64,000 nucleotides of DNA from Amoebidium appalachense (Eukaryota; Protista; Ichthyosporea), in the NCBI GenBank assembly GCA_963693365.1, contig CAVNZM010000005.1, positions 1,054,001 through 1,118,000 of the forward strand, written 5' to 3'. Position numbers and translations under genes: made by a program. How positions within the stretch are numbered: position 1 is the stretch's first letter; every line of letters starts with the position of its first letter. Below are positions 19,001 through 57,401 of the stretch, piece by piece. Below the pieces are notes generated by a model. The model worked only from the letters and a program-made list of their open reading frames with translations, was not told the DNA's origin and searched no databases.

Positions 19001-19499
19001 TAGGACAGGGGGTTTTTCCGGTGGCATGGACTGTACACCGTTTTGTTTAATAATATTGAGTGGACAAGTCTCAGGGCAGTATGCATGTGCCAAGCCAAAT
19101 TGCTGTGCTATTAGCTGACTATAAGAAAATGGCTTCATTCATTTAAAGTAGGCCATCATTCTGGGAGATCATTCGAGCATACAATTGTCGGTTTAGGCAT
19201 TCAAAACGAGTTTAAGTCCGCATGCATGCAACGAGTCACCGATGGTTATGTACAGTTACAAACAGGCCACACATTACACTACGATCATCAAAGAAATATT
19301 GCCACAAATCAGGCTGAGTTGAGAACGCTCACAGCTGTCACTTGTCCCAAGCTAAATGAGGGTAACGGGATATATATAAAGAGGTGGATGCGAGCGACTC
19401 ATCTGTATGTCAGTGTGTTTGCGTGTGGTGTGTATGGCCATGCGGGCGTGTCACTCTGGGGGGGGGGGGGGAGGGGGGGGGGGGGGGGGGAGGAGGGGG

Positions 19500-27897
<8,398 letters not shown>

Positions 27898-28722
27898 TTT
27901 TATGTACTTCAAAGCAAATAACACAAAAGAAAACTCTATTGAAATCCCAAAAGAGAGAGATAGACAGCTCGAAAGAAGCAACACCCGCGCGCGGCTCAGC
28001 ATGAGGAACACGACCAGGTAGTCTACACAAGAAATGGAGCGAATACCTACTCCATTGCCATGAGATTTTATCAAACCACCAGGGAATTTAGCATTGTGTA
28101 ACAGTAGGCCGCTCTGAGGGATAAGGTACCAATACTCTGCAACTATCTTTCAGGCTTTCGATAACCAGATAAACTTCTCAGTTTCCTATTATATATATGT
28201 CTACTTTGTGAGCTTGGTCGGCCTTACAATATGCACATATACGAACAGCCTCTCGCTCTCAGTTTCACATGTTTCGACATCTTTACGTCACTACGAGCCT
28301 GCATGTAAGACTCCATGATGTCGCAAACACTGATGAACGCCTTGATAAGCTTTATTTGGTTATTTCTGGATGAGCGGTTATGCCATAGCCAATCACCGGT
28401 GCTCTTTTGAAATCGAACAATCTGGCAGCCCCTTTCTTCAAAGCTTCTTTTTTTCTCTCTTTTGTTTCTTTTTTTTATGTCTGTGACTTTCCTATTTATA
28501 GCAATGTTATCTGTTTACTGGCTCACTTTTCAATGCTGAGTTTGAGTGTGAAACTGCAAAATTAACATTTGAGCAAACAACACAACTTTGGTTGGGTGCT
28601 GAAGGAAGTAAGAGTTAACCATTATAGGATTTACGTGTGAGGGCGAAAAGATCTACATAGTCTCAAACTTAGACATCGTTTGTCCCTTCTACTACACATT
28701 TGTGAGGAATTAAGTTTAACCT

Positions 28723-29404
28723 ATGCTAGGCATACTCACCAACACAGCCCGCCAGCCCGTCTGCGCTTTATATGGTGAGCCCCTTTGTGCGTCTCTGCCT
28801 CTCGAAGCAGTGAACGGTTGTTCCTGTAGCCTAGAAAATGAAATAGTATGGAATATGATCTTGGGCAGTCCTGTATGGAATATGATCTTGGGCATTCCTG
28901 TATAGGAAACATTTTCCCTTCTAATACATGATTGGTTTCTATAAGATCAGGTGTTTAAGTTTGTGATATGGTGTATAGTGCTCCCCATGGTCGAAAGTCA
29001 GAGTATGGTGTGATGGTCGCACAGGCATGCATGGTTTTAGAGCCAGCCGGGTGGGCAAGGGGGGAAGAGGGGAGGGCGGGGGTGCGGGGGGGCCGGGGAG
29101 GAGGGGTGGGAGGGGGGTGGAGGGAGGAGGGAGGGGGGGGGGAGGGGGTAGAAGAAAGAATGGGTCATAGTTTAGAATACCTTGGCGGGTTCGTATCAGC
29201 AGGTAGTTTTGGTTGCAGGTGCACGAGCTGCATGAGATGTAGTGCATGGATCCCAACTGTATGCTTGATGGTGGTGGTGGTAGTTCTGTTGTTCTATTTA
29301 TGGTTGCTATGAGAGGGTATCTGTTCACAGATACCGTACTAGAGCCTTCCACAACCCCCCGTGTTTTCTCACAGATACATGCACACACACGATTACCCAA
29401 TATC

Positions 29405-29458
<54 letters not shown>

Positions 29459-29526
29459 TGAATGTGTAGTTGGCCATCTGTTTGTAGTTGGCCATCTGTT
29501 ACTCATCTCGTGCCTCCGCCCCCCTC

Positions 29527-29564
<38 letters not shown>

Positions 29565-29719
29565 ACACACACACATGACACAGCTATTAAACTTCCTTGC
29601 CTCCCCCCTCCCTCCCCGCTCCCCCCCCTCCTAAAACCCCACGTTCGCCCCTCCTCAAATTCGGCACTATCCCATTTGACCTCTGTGGCGGCATGGCGGT
29701 TCCACCTGTGATTTCTCCA

Positions 29720-29751
<32 letters not shown>

Positions 29752-30163
29752 TCCGTCATGCAGTGTCAGCCATGAAAGTCCACACAAAGGCACGCACCTC
29801 CCCCTATCCAGGAAATGGCCCCGAAAGAACACCGGTATTTACTCTTCCCGACCCCTTCCCCCTCCTCCTCCTCCCCCCCCCCGCCCCCCTCCCCCCCCCT
29901 CCCCCCCCCCCCCCCCCCCCCCCCCCCCGGCACCTCACCCCACCCCTCTCCTCTGCTTCACCCAACTCATAATCCCCCCACCAGGCAATACTGCGTGACC
30001 ACACGCACACACATGACTGTTTCAGTGCAGCTGTCAGTGCCTCCTTCCACGTACCCAGGGCACTCCAAGAACACAATGGTTGAGTGAGTCCCGCCTTTTT
30101 TTGCATGTGCTTTCACATTTTTTTGTGTCCGTAGCTCCTTGGTAACACTCAATGCTAAGAAAC

Positions 30164-30198
<35 letters not shown>

Positions 30199-31304
30199 CC
30201 CCCCCTCCCCTTACCCCCCCCCCTCCCCAAAAAAAAAGGAACAAAAAAAAAAAAAGAAGAAGGGGGGGGGGGGGGGGGGGAGGGGGGGGGGAGGGGGAGG
30301 GGGTAAGAGGAAGGCACCAGCCTTCCAAGGCACCAGCCTTCCTCCTTTCTTCGTGTATACAGCACACTTCGCTTTTACACCCACTCCAATCCCCCCCCCC
30401 CCCCCCCCCCCGGCAACACACAAGACACACACACAGAGAGAGATAGAGGGGGGGGGGGGGAAGAGAGAGAGAGAGAGAGGGGGGGGGGAGGGGGGGGAGG
30501 GGATCACACTAACCCACACGCCTACCATTTGTTCTTTCGCTGTGTGCCACGGTGGAGAGGGGGGAGGGAGGGTTCAGCACATGTAAATTTCTCTATTCTT
30601 TTAACCCAATTTACACCATATAAATCAGCTATATGCCACCCCAAATTTCCTAAACCCTTTTCTGGCATTGATAGGTTCCCGAGGCTAAAGTTCACTGGAG
30701 TCAGCCGCATCCGGAATATACCCCGGTCACATACACAGCACAAGTGGTTCTCAATAAGGTGTGTATATGGTATGCTGTGTTTTTCCGCTTTTTTTTTTTC
30801 TTTTCTTTTTTTCTTTGTACGCTCGTTTCTCCAACGTTTAGCTGCATAGTTACGAGGGCAAGGTGTACGAGGGCGGCGCATGGTGTGGAGTGAATTTGGG
30901 TGGGTATGTAGCGGGTGTGGGTAGGTCACGGTGGGTAGGGGAGAAAGGGGGGGAGGGGAGGGGAGGGGGGTGGCATACGTTTTAAACACTAGAAAAGCGG
31001 TGAGAAAGCTGTGTTCTGTTTCTTGGGGTCACTCCTTTTTCCTCCCTGTTTCCTGTTTCCTACCAACACATCTTGATTGACATAATGCTAGCTCTTTTTT
31101 CACAACCCCCTCTCCACTCTTTCCCCCCAACGCCCCCTCCTCCCCCTTCCCCCCTGCCTTTCCTGTGCATTTGTACAACTCACGGCCTCACCACGACCAG
31201 ACCCCACGTGCTCTCTCTTCCCCCCCCTCCCCCCCCCTTTCACACACACACACACACACACACTCACACACACACACACACACAAGCACACACAAACACT
31301 TACC

Positions 31305-31379
<75 letters not shown>

Positions 31380-31509
31380 CCTGTGTGGGCCGACGTTGAC
31401 CTCCTGACCACCACCCCTGAGACCCCCCTGAAATTCAACGAGTTGGACGGAAAGGTCGATCGGAGAAGCCACGAAGGAACATACGAAGTGGTCGATGGCT
31501 TGCCTCGGT

Positions 31510-31547
<38 letters not shown>

Positions 31548-31554
31548 ACCCACC

Positions 31555-31585
<31 letters not shown>

Positions 31586-32541
31586 CTCTCTCTCTCCTTC
31601 CCCTCCCCCCTCTTTCCCCCCCCCCCCCCCCCCTCTCTCTCTCTCATCTCTCTCACTCTCCTCCCCCCCCCCCCCCCCCGGTCTCAGCGTGCGCACACAC
31701 CCCAAAAGGGATGGCTTTTTAAGCCATAGTAAGAAGCATCGACTTTATGGTGCCTACTTTCATTTATCCCTCCCCCTCCCCCCCCCCCTTTGTGGATGAC
31801 AAGGACTCCCACATGAGAAGGAGCTCTGCTTATGATGCATATTGTGTATGCTTTGCAAACTCGCTTTGTGTTGTCTCTCATGAATGTGTGGCTGTGTTTT
31901 TAACCCCCCCCCCCCCCCCCCAAACTCAGCATGTTCTAACGGCCATGTTTCAGCAATCCCCACGGCAGGACGGGCATGGCCGGGAGGGGTCTTCTTGGTC
32001 GCTGGGGTCCCAACCATGCTGCTGATCCCATAGTCACAAGGTGAGCGGGCGTGCACATCGGACACCCCTGCCCCTTTTCCCCCCCCACCTCCGTCCCCCT
32101 TTCCACCAACACATGTGCGCATGCACGCGCACACACAAGGTTTAAGGAAGGATGTCATAAACACAGGAAGAGTAAGGCATATGTGAGTGGAGAAGACAGC
32201 CCCTGCGGCGGGGGGAGGGAGAGAGGGGGGTGGAGGGGGGGAGGGGGGGGGGAGCACGTTAGTGAAAAAGTTGATTAGTAATCATGGAGTGCTTGAGGAA
32301 ATATGATGTTTGTTTGTTTTTTGGAGGGGGGCGGAGGGGCTATCGGTACGACGAAAGATGTCTATCGGTATGAACGGCGAAAGATGACAACTTGTAGGGA
32401 CTGAGGGGGACTCTGGGCTTGGAGGCATGGGGAGACTTGGGGAGAAAGTGTGTGGGGGGGGGAGGGGTGGGGGGTGGGGATGGGGATGGGGATGGGGGTT
32501 GGCGGGGGGTTCGTGTGGGTGTGTATGTGGTGCGTGTGCGT

Positions 32542-32586
<45 letters not shown>

Positions 32587-32616
32587 CGTGCGTGATGTTT
32601 TCAGGTAATGGGGAAA

Positions 32617-32647
<31 letters not shown>

Positions 32648-33419
32648 GTACATGGGCTAAGTGGGGTTTCTGCTTCTGACTGAAACACACACCTTGCAGG
32701 TGGGCCAAGGATGCAAAGGGGGTGAAGATAATGGTGAGTGTGTTTTTCTTTCGTGGTGTTTTTGTTTGAATGCGCATATGGTGGATGGTGTATGTAAACA
32801 TTGTTTGGCACGTGTTGTGTGCTTGTGTTTTGTTCTCATGACGACATTTGCCATGGATCAAAGAATTGGCACATGGAGAGAAACACGTGCTTTTGGTGGG
32901 TAACAGCAGCCACAAACGTGATGTCGACGAATCCAAGAATAATACCGGCTGCTATTAAAGGTCATGCTGTGTTGGCTAGTAAGGTTCATTGCTCCCATAA
33001 TGCATATCCATCTGTTGTCTTTGATTGTCCGTTTGGTTACAAGTTTGGGTATGCAGCCCCCTACTCCGCTTGGAGTTCCGTTGTGTTTCACGGGCACCAC
33101 TGGCATGTGATGTAGACCTTCATTAAGCTATGGCAACTAACAATAAACAATAAGGTCTACATCCAAAATATCAACCACTGCTTATGATAGGATTTCTAAC
33201 CGCTGATTTTGATTGGTTGGTGGTCAGGAGGACGGGCTGCCAGTGCTTGAGTTTGTAGCCATCCAGCGCAGGGACACAGGGGAGTGGGCCATCCCGGGGG
33301 GCATGGTGGATCCAGGCGACACTGTGTCTGCTACCCTTAAGAAGGTGGGTGGGTGGGTGGTTTTTTTTAGTTGTCGGGTGAATATGGGGGGGCAGGGGAA
33401 GGTTTTTTTTTGTTTTGTT

Positions 33420-33459
<40 letters not shown>

Positions 33460-34115
33460 TGAATGGGTGGGTTCACGTGGTGTGGGCGTGGGATGGATGG
33501 TGGGTGTGGGTGGGTGGGCGGTTGGGAGGGTCGGTGGGTGGGTAGGTGGGTGGATGTGGGTGTGGGTGGATGGGTGTTGGACAGCGGCGGCAAGGGGAGG
33601 GGGGGGATGTCGGGTGTGGTGCCACGATGGGTTGCTGTGGGGGTCAACAAATGCATGTTTGTGCAGGTGGGCTCGATGGTGGGTGTTTTTTTGCTGCGCT
33701 TTTCACTGGTTTGTCTTCAATATTCATTTGCTTGTGTATTTAGTTTATTTTGGGGGGGAGGGGATTGTGTAGGTGGAGGGTGGTTTTGGGGATGTCGTTT
33801 CCCATGCTGTATCATGCTTTCAAGATGCTGATATACCATGTAATATGGCCCAGGAGGGGTGAGGGCGGGATGCTGAAAGCACTTCTGGTGAGATATCCTC
33901 TAACCAATTGTATGCCGTGGTTGATTACCAAATTAGGAGTTTGGGGAGGAGGCCCTTAACACGATGAAGATGGCCCCTGATAAAGCCGCTAAGCTCGAGG
34001 AAGAGGTTGCAAAACTCTTTGCTAACGGCAAGGTGGGAACCAGCCTCCCTCCCCCTTCCCCCCTCCCCCCCCCCCCCCCCCCTCCCCCCGTTCCCCTTCT
34101 CCCCCGGTGTCCAAT

Positions 34116-34195
<80 letters not shown>

Positions 34196-34779
34196 GCGCG
34201 CACACGCAAGCACATTTTTTTATTTTATCCAGTTTTGTTCCCGGAGAGACCTCTTGGGCCCTCAGGGGGAACTACCGTCCTCCACCCAGCACCGAGAGTA
34301 CTCTAGCTAGGGTGCTCCGGTATTATTAGCTAAGCTAACACACCTTTAAACAATCCTAACTATTTGCCCACACTTTGCCCAGAGTATTCACCCCAGCCAC
34401 GCCGGTGGGTACACACGCAAGCACACACACACACACATATGCGCAGAAGGCGCCAACGCTCGCGAGCACACACACTCAGAGAGAGAGGGGGGAGGAGGGG
34501 GGGTGGGGGGGGAGTGAGGCGCACTAGCACACACACACTTACACAGCACCAGTGCTGCTGTACCACGAGCATACGCGGATAACGGTGGTGAGTGTGTGTA
34601 GTTGGCATCCTGACCTGTGTGTTGTTCACCGTTTTTGGCAAAACATCAATCTTGATGTGACGTATGTGACATATACTATTCGGTACGCCCGGCTTGCCCG
34701 GTCGGTAAGCACGTCTTGAAATGCAGTATTGTATTCTCTGGGCGGTGTCCTTCTTGGAAGGAGGAGGGGAAGGGGAGGT

Positions 34780-34827
<48 letters not shown>

Positions 34828-34893
34828 AAAAGGATTTAGCCTTTGCCCTGTTGTGCTTTTCACTTTCGATCTTCTCACGACGGTATACTTAAT

Positions 34894-34940
<47 letters not shown>

Positions 34941-35018
34941 AAAAAAAAAAAATAAAAAACTCCCCCCCCCCCCCCCCTTTTATTTTTTCTTTTCTTTTTT
35001 TTTTCTTTTTGGTGTTCT

Positions 35019-35061
<43 letters not shown>

Positions 35062-35543
35062 TGGGGATGGGTTGCTTTTGTAATTGTTGGTGTGTTCCGA
35101 TTTTGCCTGCTAGTTTGTTTGATTTGTCATACTCACAAATACCCATGCATGGATGCAGGAGGTGTGCCGGGGCTATGTGGATGACCCGCGCAACACGGAC
35201 CATGCCTGGATGGAGACCGTAGCGATGAACTTCCACGACGATGGGAAGACCTTCGATAGGTTGGACACTCCTCCTCCCCCCCCTCCCTCCCCCTCCTTCC
35301 CCCCTCCCCCCACTTTCGCCTCCCCCGCTTCATTGCCCCCTCCCCCCTCCCCCCCCCCCCCCCCCCCGCCCCTTCCCCTCAGATCACGGGGGGAGTGTGC
35401 CAGATTGAGAGAGAGAGAGTGAGAGAGTGAGAGACATATCATGCGATAACCAATCTCGCACACTCCCCTGGCATAGGAGGATACCTATCACTGTCCATTT
35501 GCTGATGAGCCCATGCATCATGCCCCACCTCCTAACGCACGCG

Positions 35544-35606
<63 letters not shown>

Positions 35607-35748
35607 ACACGTACACAGTTTCCCACTGGAGGCAGGAGACGATGCAGCAGCAGTCAAGTGGATGCGCATCTACCCGGGCCTGGACGTCTATGCCAGCCAC
35701 GGTGACTTCTTGCAGGCTGTGGCCAAATTGCACGGGGCACTGTTTTAG
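28723..35748 (+). CDS. NUDT9: NUDT9-like ADP-ribose pyrophosphatase (Nudix); first exon(s) uncertain
   Basis: Spliced motifs [11 protein letters not shown] (~29780), [17 protein letters not shown] (~30676), [89 protein letters not shown] and LEAGDDA..YASH. TAG at 35746-35748. Confidence 0.93.
28846..28908. repeat. 27-bp tandem duplication
   Basis: GTATGGAATATGATCTTGGGCA(G/T)TCCT x2 plus a partial third copy. Confidence 0.8.
34215..34411 (-). mobile_element. Dispersed repeat family C (SINE-like, A-rich tail on the minus strand)
   Basis: Second, internally deleted copy at 39839-39961. Both share the T-rich end TTTTATCC.GTTTTGTTCCCGG and the same opposite end CCAGCCACGCCGGTGGGTA. Confidence 0.7.
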
Positions 35749-36774
35749 GACTTCAGGAATTCCCTTTGGAATCGTGTTTTTTTCCGATCTCATGTTTATC
35801 ACGTTGATATCGATCGCGATCTGATATTTATCAGTCTCTTGTTAAAGATACCCCTTCTCGCCCCCTGCTTACAGTATTTCATGAGAAGGCGGGTTGCCAA
35901 TTCATATTTATCTTAGATTAGCATGTGCCTAGTCCCCGTGTGGAAGGGGGATTCGGTTGGCAGTGAAATAAGCTCTGCCCTTTCCTTTCATGTTAATTGA
36001 CATTTTCTTTTAAACTCTCCTCTTTGCTACTTTTTCATACCATTTTATCATTGCCTTTATATGGCAAGACGTAGGCTTTGTGAATTGAGGGGTTATTGCT
36101 GTGCATTTGGCAGGTGTCTCCCACAATTATATCAGATGGCCATTTTTCTGTATAAGTTTTATATTGGGATTGCCTGGTTGTGCTGGGTAAGAATTTTGTA
36201 TGCTGTCAATGGTGTACAACACAAGAAGCCTGTATCGCGGGTGTATATTTGCACATCAAGATTACACATCAATGAAGCTACTTCCTTTAAGATCTTTGCT
36301 TGATTTGGTGCTTTGGTATCCCAGTGCCAAGTGTGTGTGTGTGTGTGTGCATGTGTGGTGTGTGTGTGTGCATGTGTGTGTGTGTGCGCGCGCGCACCCG
36401 CGCACGTGCATTCTTGTTTGTATGCAGGGGTGTTTGTGTCTTTGTGGGTGTGGCGTGAGCGCACACTTTAGAAGGGCAAATGTTGTATTTCTTGTGTGCC
36501 GCCTGATTGTCGAAGTTGCAGTTTTCGACTAGAGTGCTACGAAATGCATGGCCATGGACTGCATGTGTATCACATGAACATAGGTTCATGTTTGAGAGGG
36601 TACGCGTCACAAATACATCTGTAAAACCGTTTGGTATAACCTATTAACTCTATGAACCAAGAGGTTGCCAACACATAACCAGAAATTTTCGCGCGAACAC
36701 AGCCTCATGTGGCGGTGGCCATATATAAACATCAATTGTCTCTCCTTTCCATTTTCTCTTACCACTTTTTGCAC

Positions 36775-46457
<9,683 letters not shown>

Positions 46458-47575
46458 CTCTCTTGGATAATGGAGGCAGATTCGTGCCTAGCTATGTAGC
46501 AACATTATTCATTACCGTATTCCCTCTCTAAAATTTGCTTCTACTAAAGGATTTTTCAGGCAAGCTCATTCGCAGATGCCTGTAATTTTTGTGTTTCCAC
46601 ATGAGAGTAAAACCCATCAGCTGCCTCAACCGGGCGAGATGTCGAGCTTTCAAGCGAATTGTCGTCACGTAGGGCTACCTTTCGTAAAAACGGTTTTTTG
46701 CAGTTTCTTTATATGGCTGAAAAAACGTAATAGATCGTAAAAGTGCTTGCTCTGATGCTCAAACAAGGCAGCTTACAAGAATAGGACGTTATCATCTCTG
46801 ATGCTGTCATCAAAAAACGTAAAAACTACAAAGATAAGAAACCTCTGTTTCAACCTCTTCTGTTTTTTGTAAAGCTCCGCAAGAAACTCCCTCGGTCCGA
46901 CCTCTACCTTTGATTATTCCACTCGCCTCCCACAACTACTCTATGAGTTTAGCTCCACTCATACACCAAACGTAGAATGAAGATACAAATTTTCTGTGTT
47001 TGGTTTTATAGAACGCACGCTCTCAAGATTTGGGGCACGTTCGGTCAAAAGAGAATCAACTTGACACGTTCATAGAATGGCGACAGTTTTCGAATGCACG
47101 TGGGAAAATTTGACACGACACATTCCAGGCAACGGTCGAATGTTGACGATTGGCTGAATGCGCACCGCACATAAAATATCCTAAAATAGTAATAGCGCGA
47201 AATGCAGCCGTTCCAAATATTAGCAGGGTTTGAACCTTTGCCTCGCAACAACCACTAAAAATATCAAAAGCCGTTTGAAACAAGAAACCCAAAGGAAACC
47301 TTACATCCCCACATATGATGAATGTCCTGTTACTTCGTTTCTACATATGCATCTTATTGGATGAAAACGATGTAGGCCTTGGTGCCGGCACCTCATCACA
47401 GCTCACATACACGTCGTTGATAAACAGCACATTCCCCCAACCTAAACAGCTATCAGAAAGAAACATCGCAATTCATGGACATACATAACCTTCAGTGCCT
47501 TGGGATTATGTGCTGTATTTGTAACGATTTCTTTACCAAAATAAGACTTTGTTACTTGACACCTGAAACTTCAGG

Positions 47576-54612
<7,037 letters not shown>

Positions 54613-54683
54613 GTTCAATTTTAGCTCTTCGGAAGGAAACCTCTTCTCTTTGTCTCTGTGGCTGGCTTCTGTCCCGGGCAGGC

Positions 54684-54720
<37 letters not shown>

Positions 54721-54870
54721 GGTTGTTGGCCGCCTCCTCTGCAATAACCCTGCCCCCCCTACCTCCCCCCCCTCCCCATCCACCCATCCACCCCCATCCA
54801 CCCATGTTAAGGCAGGGCTTGCCCCGAGAGCGAAAACCTAGGGGGTTTCTGGTGATCGTTCAGCGTTTAC

Positions 54871-55000
54871 CCTATGGTTATGTATGTAGTCCTATGGTTA
54901 TGTATGTAGTCCTATGGTTATGTATGTAGTCCTATGGTTATGTATGTAGTCCTATGGTTATGTATGTAGTCCTATGGTTATGTATGTAGTCCCATGGTTC
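54871..55000. repeat. 20-bp perfect tandem repeat x6 plus a partial copy
   Basis: CCTATGGTTATGTATGTAGT units from 54871. Confidence 0.95.
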
Positions 55001-56263
55001 ATGACTAGTGTATGCACTCACACAGTGCTGCTAGGGAATACAATAGCAATTGTGATGTAGAGAATGGCCTCTGGAAAATGAAACTGTGTTTGTCCTATAG
55101 CACGCACCAAGCTTAATTGATATGGTCAAGATGGTGGTGGATAAGAGCATTTGTGTTTTACTAAGGCCAGAAAACGCAGAGTTGCAACAGTCATGCACAC
55201 ACTCACATGGTCAATGGAAGACGCATGCATACTACTATGGATGCAGTGATATGCTATAGGCAAGAGATGTAAGAGATGGAAGAACAAATCAAAGACGCAC
55301 TCAACAAACGAATGGTTGCCACAATCACTCACCCCCTCCCTACCTTTCCCACTCCCCCACACCCGGTGAATTAAACCCACGTTCCAGATTCCCCCTCTTG
55401 CTGAGACTACCATCCAGTCTAGAAAGTTAGTTTTGCCACACCAACCCTTACCCCACTTCCCCATTCCCCTCCCCATCTCCCCCCTCCCTCCCTCTCTTCC
55501 AATTTTTTTTTCCCCCCAAAAAAACCGCCACACACAGCCTTTACGCACGCACCCAAATGAGCCCGCGCGCACACGCACACACACGTACACACGGGCGCAC
55601 GCCCGCATGCACGCATGCACACGTATACTTCATCTGATTACATGGTGATTAAAGTAAAATTTTAAAGAAAACACACTGACGCTATATGCCTTGGTGTTGT
55701 GAACTGGATGTTTTTTGTCTTTATATGCTGCATGGGGGGACAGATGCTTTTAGCCAGAACATACAGTACAGCACTCCAAACCCACTACTCATGCATTTTC
55801 CTCTTATTGCATATACGCACTACCCAATTTGGTTTCCTCGCATGTTCCTTACCATATATATTCGACCTGCAATCTCCTCTCGCATACCTTACCATATGTG
55901 GCCCACATAACTATTCCTCCTCCACTCCGTACCGTATATGACTCAAACATGGTTTCCGACAGTCTACCTACATAAGTTCCCACCTATGAATGGCCCGTGT
56001 CCCCAGCACACCACACTTCCATTCCCGTTTACGCAAATCTTTCATTGTCCATGCACCTCACTCAAGTTCCAAACTCCTCTGCCGAATGGCTCGTCCCCCC
56101 CCCCCCCCCCCCAAAAAAAAAAAAAACTATTGAGGAAAAAAGAACCACATGCCCTCCCAAATTTAAAACACCCTACATGCCGTATAACTCCATAAGCAGT
56201 CGCTATTCAGATCGTATATTTGCCGCCCTTTAATTTCCATATATGTCCTCCCACCACACGTCT

Positions 56264-56557
56264 TCATTGGCCAGCCCTTGCCTCCGCCACAAACCCAGTT
56301 GCCTGCCGATTCGTTGCATCCAGCCTGTGGCTATCTCCACCAATCACAGCCCCGCATTCCGGACACCTAGATCTCTCCATAGCGCCCCCGCAGTCACCTA
56401 TGACGTAGGCATGCCCGTTGGGGCATGTGAACCAGTGGCCTTGGCCCGTGTAGCCCGACCCGGTATGGCCCATGGCCCGGTAGACGGCGGCTTTTTCCTC
56501 GGATGTGATTGGCTGGTGGAAGACTTCGGGCCGGTTGACTTTATCTTCCAGGTCTGT

Positions 56558-56634
<77 letters not shown>

Positions 56635-57071
56635 GTGTAGTAGTGCACATGTGCGTTTCGGTGTTCATGTGTGGTGTGAGACATGTCTGAAGATGTCGGT
56701 GGTGCAGCTTGGGGGGAGGGAAGGTACCGGTGTGGGTGCGGTGTGGGTGGGGAAGGGGGCAGGTGAGTCACTTGTGTAGCATCAACCCCCCCCCCCCCCC
56801 CCTCCCCCTCCCCCCCCTCCCCTCCCCCTCCCCCCTCCCCCCCACACACCTCCTAGCCCTCCCCATACCGACGTATTTTGGAACTGCATACCCACACACC
56901 ACATATTCAGAACATTAGGTCCCAGTCGGCTTTTCGGGTTTGTTTAACGTAAAACACACTGAGATGTACTGTGATCGGCCAGGAGAACCCGGATGGACGT
57001 GGGGGAGGTGGTGGCTTGGCTTGGGGTGTCGGTTGAGAAGTAGGAAATGTGGCTAGGGAGTTTGTGTTGGG

Positions 57072-57144
<73 letters not shown>

Positions 57145-57342
57145 GGGGGGAGGGGAGGAGGGGGGCAAAGCCGCGGGAGAAGGGGAGGGGGGGAGGGGGG
57201 GGGGGGGGGGGGGGAGGGGGAGGAAGGGGATGATTTATTTTTTGAAGAATGTGAAAAAGGAGAGCGTAAGAAACACCTAGCACATGACAACGGCAGGGGG
57301 GACCGGTTTTTTTTTTTTCTTCTTTCCTATCGATTTCCTTTT

Positions 57343-57401
<59 letters not shown>

